Positions 53,085 through 64,000 of a stretch of DNA of 64,000 nt are shown here, piece after piece. The translations under genes were made by a program, and so were the position numbers. The notes beneath the pieces are model-generated. The model had not been told where the DNA came from, ran no database searches, and saw nothing but the letters and a program-made list of their open reading frames with translations. This stretch comes from Enoplolaimus lenunculus (Eukaryota). Numbering within the stretch: position 1 is the stretch's first letter; every line of letters begins with the position of its first letter. The stretch lies in contig JASANG010001402.1 in the NCBI GenBank assembly GCA_030248215.1, positions 186,001 to 250,000 on the forward strand, written 5' to 3'.

Positions 53085-53821
53085 GTTACGTAGCGTTATT
53101 CATTCTTAACCTGCCCTCCGTCGCCCCTGGTCAGTTGGACCTAACACCCATCTTTTATGTCGTTTTTTGGGCAGAACTGATGTCCAGTTGCATTTTTGTT
53201 GGTTGCCATGTTTGTTATTAATTATTTTCTGGATTATTTAATAAAATTTATGCGAGATGTTATTTGGTCCTGGAGACATTTATGCACAACAATTTGAGAT
53301 AATTGACATTTATGAACTCTAATTAAAGGTTTACGGACTCTATCCGCTTACGGACTCTTATTTGAGATACAGACTTCTATTGATTGGGACTCAGAATTGG
53401 GACCACCCTCCTCTAATTACCCACCTCTTATTTGGGTCACTGCAGTATTCATATTGAGATTTTGTGGCCGAAGATAGCCCATAATGTGTCAACAGATAAT
53501 GTCATGTGTCTGCTTAAATTAGCAAATTACAAACAAAAATAGTTACGGGATAATTTCGCGGTTTGAGCGAAAACAAGATTAATTCTCTGCTCTGCTGTGC
53601 CTTCCCTCTGCAATCTTTATTTGTTTTTTGGCAAATGAAAAATTTCAAGATAGCACTCAACACAGGAATTGCATTACATATAAAATTTGGAAATCAAATG
53701 CGAAGATCATACTCAAAAGTAAAGAAAACAGTTATTTTTGCTGTTTTGAAGCCAAGAAAATTGATAATTTTGTTGTTTTTAAGAAATTTATACGATGAAA
53801 TTTTATTGGCTTCGAAGTTGG

Positions 53822-54022
53822 GGCCAATGCAAAGAACAGGAGCGGAACTGTAAAGCATATTCCTAAGCCTATGCATAAGCCTAAGCCTAAGCGTAAGAAT
53901 GAGCATAAACCTAGGCCTAAGCCTACGCCTAAGCCTAAGCCAAACAAAAAATAGACTAAAGCTTAAATTTATTCTGTTCTAGTACCACAGAAAAACGTTT
54001 CGCCGCTGATCTTTACATGGCC
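53822..54022 (-). mobile_element. Telomere-repeat MITE family A
   Basis: Exact 8-bp TSD GAAGTTGG and CTAAGC arrays. Confidence 0.88.
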
Positions 54023-57000
54023 GAAGTTGGTAAAGGTACCATTCTGTCGTCTCAAAATTTCGAGAAGATAAATTGGCTGCATGCCTTTCATGTATGCGCC
54101 GCTGTCAGGACGCCACCGGAATTCCGGTTTCGGTAAGGGGATTCGGTATTTTTCACTATCCGGTTCTGGTAACAGATCCGGTAGTTGGTAATTTTACACC
54201 GGAAATTTACAATATTTTCGGTATTGAATATTTTTCTCACTCGAAAATTTAAGAAAAAGTGGCATACGTCTCCCCCACTCCCCCGTTACTTTTCTTGTGT
54301 TAAAATGGCAAGGCTCACCTTACAATTCGTCCTCAGAAAAGTTTTGGTGATAAAATGATAAGTTTTCTACCTTACAATTTTGGCGTTTCATAACATTTGT
54401 CAGCCCGCCCCGTCAACAATTTTTGGATCCGCCTGTGGGCCTAGGGTACGTCAGAGGGCCAATGTGTGGATATTGAAGCTCTGTTTTCAATATATTGATC
54501 ACTTTTAACTTCTTGCCGAAATTATTTGGTTCACTGCCTACTGCAGTGACCCGAACAAGAGGGGGTAATGATATTTATTTGGCCTATCCAGACGGTACCA
54601 CCCTGTTGTTCGGTTACGAACTGTTATTTTCAACCCACCCTAAGCCCCCTTCGTTACTGATATATATATCCGGTATTGCAACTATCAGTTGAATTAAACG
54701 TTTTTTTTGTCTTGTGTCAATAGCTTGAGCGATAATGCACGGTTGTACTTTTAGGAATGTACTTTCAAAACTTCTGGAGTCATTTATATATGCACTACAC
54801 TAAGGGACAATTGACATTTAAAGACTACGTTGAGAGGCGTTAAATTCAGAAGAAGGGCTGTGCGATGAACTGCACCACTTCGTCTAATGCCGGGTTCACC
54901 ATATATTTAACTGGGGCAAACTGAAACACGTTTTGTCCCTATTACAAAAACGAGTAACATTTTGCCTCCACGACATGCGCTATCGAATTGAATTGTTAGC
55001 TGTCCTGATGTGACATTCACCGTTTGTACTGCAATATCATATGATATATTAGAGATAGCGTCCGTCAATATCTATATATTACATGTTTGAAAATATCTGC
55101 AATGTTATGGTAAACAAGCATGTATGTCCTGTAGAATATCATATGATGCTATTAAAATTTGAAATTTGAATTATTTGTACTTAGGATTATATATCTAGGC
55201 AAAATTGAAGCCATAAACAAACAAAGAAGCTAATTCAGTATTCGAAATCACCCGAAAACGACATTATCTCACTTTTCATTGTATTTAGTGCGCACAAACG
55301 TTGTCCTGCATCATATCATGTGATATTCGGTAGAATTTCGAAATATAATGTTCGCGTAAATGTCCCGTGGTGTCAAGTAACATATGGCTGTTTGTATACG
55401 ATAATTATATAACGGATTTGTAAAGCAATGTTATGTGGCATTCACATTGTGACTACATAACCATTATTCAGATCACAGTATTTTATGATCACGTCTAATC
55501 AGCATGAGTAAAACGTGCTCCGAGCTGCCCCAGTTATTACGTGTCCCCCGCTTTACCATCGTTCGTCGAGGTTTGGCGTTTAACCAGTCGCGTAAGTACG
55601 CCGGATGCGCAGTGTGGCGAGACACCGTCGTTAGTCGAACTTCGCTGGGTAGGCCCTCGCAATTGCTTCAACATTGACTCCAGTACGAACACTAGGTCGT
55701 TCAGAGTTAGGCTTAGGCTTAGGCTTAGGCCTTGGAAGGTCGGCAACAGATCCGACTGATCAAATCAATTGTTGATAGCCACTATCGCATTATCGCTTTA
55801 GAACTGGAGGTGAAATATTTGGGCTGTATGGCGTATCATGAGCGAACAACTTTCATTCTATATTATGTACTGATTCGAAAACTTATCATTTGAATAAATG
55901 TATCAATTTCTAGCTGAACTGTGTGAAACATATTATCATAGGTTTCATTCGTTTAAAAGTTATGATTCTGATTTAATTCGCAACCCTTATGAAACACCCT
56001 GTTATATGGTTCATTCCGAGTTCCAATACTAAATACTTTAGTTTTGATTTCCTCTGGAGTAACAGTAACCTGAAGCCACCATTCACTTATAGAAAATAAA
56101 AATGGAAGGGTAAGATTGCTATTTACAGTATGTCACTGTTTACCAGGCAACGCACACCACAGTTGTGTTGGGTAGACACAAATAAAATATTCTTGCAATA
56201 CAGCACCAGGACAACAGCTTCGGTGGTATAGCGACTGTTACAATTTTGATTAATTTGAAAATAATATTTTTAGAAAAATTCAAAGTATACTTAAACTGAA
56301 AATGTTGTATTTTATCTTTTATTTTCTAAATCTCATGATGAGGTGATACAGTTTAACTTCACTGTTCGTTTAATCAAGAGTGGATCATGACAAGAGTGTG
56401 CAACTGTTCAGGTCTCGCACACCAAAAAGTATTTCTGAATTTATTCAGCAAAGTATTTTCTGTGGCAAATCTGAAAATTTTTAATGATATTTAAGACAAT
56501 TTTTCTAAAAATGACTGGAAAATGTTAATTTTCAGACTTTATTTCAAAACTTTTTCGAGAACTTTTCTGTTATAGCAGAAATACTTTTCACGTGCTCCTT
56601 GCTAATCATATTTGTTAAATGTAAGAAATTTTTTCTGAAATATCAGAAACATTATTTTTAGTGCGCATGGTACAAATATATCACCGGAAGTTGCGTTTTT
56701 GGCCGACCCCCCTTCTTTAGAGGTGGATCGCTTCCTTTAACACCCGTAAATTAAACTATAAATCAATCATGTTTGACGCGGCATACATAAAGTGCCACGG
56801 TTTGCACCGGTTGTACCCCCTCTATATAAAGCGGGGTAAGGCAAAAACGCAACGTGTGCCGGGTATGTTCTGTGCTACACAGAATATGCCCAGTTGCATA
56901 CTCTTGTAAAGAGTCATTATCAACTCTTGGTGTAACCAAGAATCTATCATGACTTTTGGACAAGAGTATGCAACGATGGTTTGTTTGACGCAATTTGCAC

Positions 57001-57821
57001 CATCGAGCATTGCGTTTTTACAGTACCCTCAGTCCAGGGTGGGATACTGTACAAAACACAACGCTCGCTGGGCATATTTTTTGATACATAACAAGACTAA
57101 TAGTTGGATGGTAATGTTTAATGCATTATCTTTCATTTTTTATTCTTTTAAGCATGGGCGCAGCCAGTATACCTTTCGTATGGGTTCATAATATATGAAT
57201 TTACGTAAAACTTTTTCCAACGAAAACTAGCAACGTATTTTTTGACCTGTAAAATACAGAAGGTTAATCAGCAAGTCAGTTTTAAGCGTGTTTTATTCTG
57301 CTACAAACGCATTAAAATAATTTACGATTTATGTCCAATTGGCTTATAGACAAACTATAAAATTTTATGAAAGCTTTGATATTTTATGCATTTATATTTG
57401 AGCGTTCGGGGCCATCCTTCTGCTTGTTTTATGTACTATAACTAAGATCTGGGCCAGAGCAACCACCCTCCATACCCCCATTTGGAGAACCGTTTAAAAC
57501 AAAAACCGCTAAATTAAGTTTTAAAATGCGTCTGGCTTCTCGCTCGCGAGTTTGGGGGCACCCACCTTGGAATTTGGGGGAGCCTCCACCTCTGCCTGCT
57601 CCGAAGCTGACTATGATTTATGAAATAAAACTGGGTGGGGCGTTTTTCGTAAAATTAACACATTTTAAGCTCCGAATCTTATTGTAGAAAATTTCTGCAA
57701 CAAATTTCCATTTAAGATAAGTAAAAGCTACAAATAACTGCTCCAAAGCAGGATATTTAAGGAAAAGCCATATTGTAAAATTAATATCGCGAAAATTTGA
57801 CTCATTTTAAAAGTAACGGCT

Positions 57822-58092
57822 TTAACCCTTTCTCACATGAATATTTTCTATTTTCCGTGAGACCTACTTTTATGCTAGGATTCGAACTCCAGTGACTGGA
57901 GTGGGAGGCGTATACCATCACCACTTAGCTATAGGAGCTTGACGCTCGAGCCCGACGGGGCTCTCACGTCTTGTGGTGATTTAGTACTATGTATACGTGT
58001 TGCAATTGTTAAACACGGTGCGATATATACTATTTAACGTATATACACTACGCTGAGTTACCTATAGGCAACTCAATGTGAGAAGGGGTTAA
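57822..58092. mobile_element. piggyBac-type MITE carrying a tRNA-like cassette, second copy
   Basis: TTAA flanks, with the same TIR and body as 44754-45029. Confidence 0.85.
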
Positions 58093-58298
58093 TAGGCCGT
58101 CTCAAAAACATTGCTACCTTTTCAATACCACATTTATTTATTTATCTGTATTAAAATTTATCCTGCCTATCTGTAAAGCTGCTATTTTAACATAAAATTT
58201 TGAAATTAACTGTAATCTTGATTAGCATTTTAAATAAAATTATACACAAACACGTTCACTTGAAACTACATTAGTTCAAGGGTAAATTATACAGTCTT

Positions 58299-58739
58299 AT
58301 GCCGTCAAGAATGCCGTAACCCTGGTTGCAAACCTTCATTTCCACCACGTGCAGTAGCATATGACTCCAATAAATCTACTGGTCGTTAGGCCACGGCTAT
58401 TACACCGTTTATCGGTAAACTGCGCAAGGTACCATTGTACTGGCTCATGTATAGAACAGGGCCGGAACAGTAGTATAAGCAGATTCCTAAGCCTAAGCCT
58501 AAGCCTTAGCCTAAGCGTATAGATGAGCCTACTCCGAAAGCCTAAGCCTAAGCCTAAACCTAAGCAAAAAAATTAGTCTAAAGCTTAAACTGACTCTATT
58601 ATATCCCCTCCGGAAAACAATCCGGTCCTGTTCTATACATGGGCTATTTTACAGGTACCAGCAAAAGCCCCATATTTCGCCATACGTCTGAGTACCTGTA
58701 ATCATACTCATTTTAGTGCTTAAACTTCATGACGGCATA
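58299..58739. mobile_element. TIR element (TATGCCGTCA) with a nested telomere-repeat MITE at 58442-58644
   Basis: tatgccgtca ... tgacggcata encloses a family A element. Confidence 0.6.
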
Positions 58740-59030
58740 GTCGTAGGTACAGCATATGCTGAAACCACAGATTTATTCAGGATTTTAATTTGGAAAGCGG
58801 TACGCACCAGTTAAGTGGATATAATTTGGGTATAAAGCATTTTAGTACGAACATTTATTTTAAATAAGAAAAAATATAAAAATATTTAAAATGTTGTTCA
58901 ATTAAAGTACATGACGCAGGAGTGTAGCTAAGACGGGAATTCAGGTATCCACCCCGCCGCATTGAGATTTTTGTACTCGGGTTTTAGACACAGTTTCAGT
59001 TTACCAACACATGAACCCTATTGAAATTTC

Positions 59031-59510
59031 GGCCCATTGTATAGAACAGGGCCGGAACAGTAGTATAAGCATATTCCTAAGCCTAAGCCTAAGCCTAAGC
59101 CTAAACGTATGGATGTAGTCTATTCCTAAGCCTAAGCCTAAGCCTAAGCCTAAGCCTAAGATTAAGCCTAAGCCTAAGCCTAAGCCTAAGCGTATGGATG
59201 TAGTCTATTCCTAAGCCTAAGCCTAAGCCTAAGCCTAAGCTTAAGCCTAAGCGTATGGATGTAGTCTATTCCTAAGCCTAAGCCTAAGCCTAAGCCTAAG
59301 CTTAAGCCTAAGCGTATGAATGTAGTCTATTCCTAAGCCTAAGCCTAAGCCTAAGCCTAAGCTTAAGCCTAAGCGTATGGATGTAGTCTATTCCTAAGCC
59401 TAAGCCTAAAGCCTAAACCTAAGCCTAAGCAAAAAAATTAGCCTAAAGCTTAAACAGACTGTGTTATAGCCCCTTCGGAAAACGATCCGGCCCTGTTCTA
59501 TATATGGGCC
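59031..59510 (-). mobile_element. Telomere-repeat MITE family A with an internally amplified array
   Basis: Exact 8-bp TSD GAAATTTC. (CTAAGC)n blocks are separated by five copies of gtatggatgtagtctattc. Confidence 0.92.
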
Positions 59511-60809
59511 GAAATTTCTACAGAACGTAATATGCACCCCTCCTTTACGCAATTCTGGCTACACCCATGGTGCGACACCCGTGTGTTTTTTCTCGTTGCC
59601 CGGTTAACGTAAGTTCATAGGTATGATTATTTTTGATTTTTTACACGAACAAAGGTATTTCTTTTTTAACTCAGATACCATTTCGTTTACAGTGGCGTGC
59701 ATCGTTTTACCTCTACATAAAGTATTATATATTTATATGTATTGCAAAAAATGGTGAGTCAAATTGACTCTGTCCGAAATAGGCTTTTGGGGACTTTACA
59801 GACTGAGTCAAACAAATTTGACACTGGCGGAGTCGAATTTGACTAAGTTTGTCTAGTTTGGAATTGCCTATTTCGGAGAGAGTCAATTTGACTCACCATT
59901 TTTTGCAGTGATTTTAGGATGTTTCTATTAATTTAGTAAATTAATAAAAACGTCTTGAAATCTGCGCATCCTGCAAAAGTAACTAAAACGGTCTCAGATT
60001 CAGATTACAACAATATTTAAAAACTTGGCTGAGGTTAAGGTTTATCGTATAGTACGTCAAAATGAAGACTGGACGTTAATAGGTCGAACAATTAATAATT
60101 TATAGCCATCACATCAAGTTATCAATCAACTACTATCACTGCAAAAAATGGTGAGTCAAATTGAGTCTCTCCAAAACAGGCTTTTCGGGACTACACAAAC
60201 AGTCAAATTCGACTCGCTGAGTCGCACGTTTTACTCTGGTGGAGTAGAATTTGAGTCAGTTTGTGTAGTTCCTAGACGCCTATTTCGGACAGAGTCAATT
60301 TGACTCACCATTTTTTGCAGTGTAATTGAAGAACTACGACTTACGCTTTAACATAATACAAGCGTTTCCACTCACAATCGTAAATCTACGGGCAATCATG
60401 CTCCTAAGATATGGCAGTCTAAATAGAAACCAGGGCTACAGACATTTTAACTATTAAACAGCTGGAAAAACGGGTTCACGGGTGGTTTCAAACTAGCGAC
60501 CCACGGATCCTTAGGCAAACGCTCTGCCACTGCGTCACGTACCCCGCCTCTTCAACTGCTATTATCGTCGACTATATGTGTCGACCCGTAATGCTGCCAG
60601 CAAGCATACTTATATAACATGCGTTGTATATATTGCATATGCACCAGGACAAGCATATCCTGCATGCTTACAAGTGATTTTTAAAAATCTAAAATTCTCA
60701 AAACAGGCAACAATAATTTTAACAACAACTCGATGATTTAGCGCAAAATAATTATAATTACTATTGTTTCTCATTAAAATTTCTCTTTGAAAATTACAAA
60801 ATTTAAACG

Positions 60810-61098
60810 ATGATTAAACTAATATTTCTACTAATCGCAACCGGTGTTCTAAACGGACGCTTTGCAACTGCATTTGAATGCGTCGCCCAATGCATGCGAT
60901 CAACTGCAAGCGGTTTTGAAGGCACTTCAATTGAAAATGTTTCGGCCGAAAATGCGAAAAAGTTATGCGAAGAATATCGTGACGTGGTGAAATGTGTTGA
61001 AGAATGCCCGGATTCGTTGACCAAAACGAGCGCACTTGAAGGGTACAGAGCAAACGAGCAACGAGTCGACGAATTTTGTGACCGATACGCGATTAGTA
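60810..61098 (+). CDS. Secreted six-cysteine protein, paralogue of 50596-51925 (first exon only)
   Basis: Signal peptide MIKLIFLLIATGVLNGRFATA; LCEEYRDVVKCVEECPDS aligns with FCTAYRQFTDCVDSCPNS; phase-1 donor GTAAGC at 61099. The downstream exon was not identified. Confidence 0.72.
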
Positions 61099-62940
61099 GT
61101 AAGCTTATCTTAGTAGTGGTCGAGCCTAGACTCAACACCAGTCGCGTGTACACTGCTAAAAATCGTGAGCCAAATCGACACTGTCCGAAATAGACTCTAC
61201 GGGACTACACAAACTGAAGCAAACTCGATTCCCCCAGAATCAAACGTGTAACTCAGTGAATCGAAATTGACTTTGGCGGAGTCGAATTTGACTCAGTTTG
61301 TGCAGCCCCGCAGAAGCCTATTTCCGAGAGAGTCAATTTGACTCACCATTTTTTACAGTGTACAGAGGATACCTTCCCTACCGAAATTTCTAGACAAGAA
61401 AAATGAATATTTAGCAGGCTTTGGAATAAGGCTTCGAATCCGATTTGTTCAACATGTTTTCCTTCTCGTTATACCGTTCGCAAAAAAATTGTATGATGTT
61501 ATACCATCCCTAAAGGAAATCTTGGCTACGCCCCTGCTCAATACCAAGGTTAAGCTTAAGGTAGGCGCGTTTTATTCGGATTCTGAAACGACCACATAAA
61601 TGTATGGTTTAGTTTCAAAGTCTACTTGTCTCAGTTTGTATTTAGTAACTGCACTCAATGTGTGTCCAATGCTACTTTAAGAGGAATAACAGTAGATTAA
61701 GCGTATTCCTAAGCCTAAGCCTAACCGTTGCAAAAATGAGTTCCTAAAGCCTAATCTTATATGAAGCATAAGCCTAAGGCTAAGCAAAAAAATGAAATCT
61801 AGAATCTAATCCCACTCTTTTATAGACCCACCAGAAACCTGGACGCCCGTTAAAGTAACATGGGCCAAATTTGTTGTAATCATTAAAAGGTCCACGGCCC
61901 AAATGATCTCAGTCCGGCAACGTTTGTCTTGAAGATCGCTCAACAACACATGAGATGATGTTTTTACATTATAGACAGATACACGATTTAGCTGCTGTGT
62001 TTAGCTGGCTCATACTCCATTTATAGAGGTCAAGAGTTAAATTTGCGTTAGATTGGGAACCAATTTAGACCTTCGAAATACATGTGTGTATTCAGTGTGA
62101 CATCGACTTCTATGTATAGGGTCAACGATGGGGGGTTGGTCAGAAACGCCAGGCGCGCCGGTACATTTTGTACCGAGTTAAAGTATGGCAAAATATTTGT
62201 CTAAGCAACTATCAGATCCTGAGACGGATCGAAAAATTTTTAACGGGGGGGCGGGGGGCGGGAATGGCGAACGCTATAAAACGCAAAATTGTAAGGTATG
62301 GACCTTTTTAATTTATTACCAAAAAATTTTCTTAGGGGAAAAATTGTAAACTTTTATAACACAATTTTCTGAGGGTAAAAATTGTATTTTTTACAAAAAA
62401 TTTTCTGTGTGAGAAAATTGTAAGGTAGGCACTTTACGCTTTTATTATAAAAACAATTCTGATAGGGGGCGTGCGCCCGCCCCACGCCCCCTTCCTTTGG
62501 ATCCGCAAATGATCAGATCTTCGTTTGATGAAAAACCATAGTAATTAACTCTGAACAAGGGTATGCAACTCACCAAAACTTTATATACATTGCACATAAA
62601 CCAGCGCGCATTGCGTTTCTTGTTTACAGCGAAAAAGTCAGCAAACTTGACCCTCAAAAATATAGGATATAGTCAAAACGGAACTAGCGCTATACTTTTT
62701 TAACTACGCAGAATGCATCCAGTTCCATAATCAAGTTTGCCGATGTAAAGATCAGGTTGAAAATGTTTTTCTGAGGGACTGCAATAGCGTAAGCTCAATA
62801 ACCTTTAAACTATTTTTGCTTAGGTTTTAATTTAGGCTTACGTAAAACCTCAATCGCGTGCTTATGCTCAGGCTTAGAGATATGCGGATGCCATTGTTAC
62901 GGCCTTGTTCTATACATTGACATATAGGTCAAAGAGTGAT

Positions 62941-63081
62941 GGCCCATGTAAACATCAGGGGCGGAACGTTTTCCTGTGGGAATAGAAAAGAGAAAGCTTA
63001 AAAGTTTACACTATTTTTTGATTGGCTTAGGCTTAGGAATATGCTTATAATACTGTTCCACCCCTCTTCTTTACATTGGCC
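62941..63081 (+). mobile_element. Telomere-repeat MITE family A, short copy
   Basis: Exact 8-bp TSD AGAGTGAT. Adjacent degenerate copy at about 62739-62922. Confidence 0.88.
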
Positions 63082-64000
63082 AGAGTGATGATCGGCCTCG
63101 GTTTTATTACGTTTTTTGATTTGTACTCTTTTTAGGAAATGGAGCGAACGCAAAGGTACAAAGGATCCTATTTGTTTCAACTGTTCTCGTTCCGTCACTT
63201 TTATTTTCTCGCTTCATGAAATAAACGCAAACCAGTGACTTATGTGATTAATATTCGGATTTCGCATAATAGATGGGCACCGGATATCTGGATATAAAAA
63301 ATATCGGATATGTATCCGAAATGAAACATCCGGATATTCGAAGTGCGATTGTGTAAAATTTTTTAGAATAATTTGCGTTGTTTCCCTACTAAAGTAATTG
63401 GAGCTGACGAAAAGAAATTCTGTATTTAAACCTGGGCCAGAAAATTGGACCAAATTCTTGACCATTTTTTTGAACAGATTTAGTTTTTTCGGTGTAGGTA
63501 TAATTCAATAATTCAGTAACATATTGAAATCATTTATCTTCGTATATCTTGCTGGATAAGTGGATACTGTGATAAGCTCAGTCCTGCGGTGGAACTTGTG
63601 TATGAGTAGTTTAGTGTTCGAATGCTTAGTCTTTTGAGTTTCAGATAAATCATTGATATATTTAAAATGGCGCTATACCTTTGAAGACGTCCGGCGCCAT
63701 CGGCCACCGTACGGCACTCTACCGCAAAGACCGCGAATTTCTACATGGCATCGCATAATCATAAACAAACTTTTTTTACTTGCGGTTCCTTACGGTTTCG
63801 GACGTCGCCGCAAGGGAAGCATTGCGCCATCCTTATCTATTACAAAATGTTTCTATCGCTTACAAAATTTATGTGCTAACTGTTAACATGTATACGTTAG
63901 CGTATAGTTGTTCCGTTTACACAATAAAAAGTTCATTTGTTTGATGGAAAGTTAACCTTAGTTTTGGTTTCATGTTTAATCAGGCGCGCTAAACCAGTCG

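Noticed and set aside
59080..59430. True chromosome end or telomere
   Set aside because: The array is enclosed by TIRs and an 8-bp TSD, and ordinary sequence continues on both sides.
61099..61193. C-terminal extension of the 60810 ORF
   Set aside because: Reads through a GTAAGC donor into a CACTG MITE, so it is likely intronic.

Overview
Eukaryotic, AT-rich, repeat-dense genomic DNA, most likely from a nematode: TTAGGC telomeric hexamers, TTTCAG-type splice acceptors and a nematode-type galectin. Eight protein-coding genes were reconstructed by hand from splice sites: the 5' part of a galectin (-), seipin (-, 3 exons, 364 aa), a secreted Gly-rich cationic precursor (+), a small secreted Cys-containing PAN-like protein (-), two tandem intronless MFSD8/CLN7-like MFS transporters (+) that share a 260-bp gene-conversion-like tract, and two related secreted six-Cys proteins (+), one with a GPI-like tail. 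Intergenic and intronic space is dominated by non-autonomous DNA transposons. The most striking are two families of GG-terminated, 8-bp-TSD (Merlin-like) MITEs that carry TTAGGC arrays (about 23 recognisable copies). Also present: TTAA-flanked piggyBac-type MITEs with a tRNA-like cassette, Helentron/DINE-like elements with central tandem repeats, CACTG (CMC-type) and hAT-type MITEs, and two minisatellites. No transposase ORF was seen. All assignments were made by eye, without database searches.
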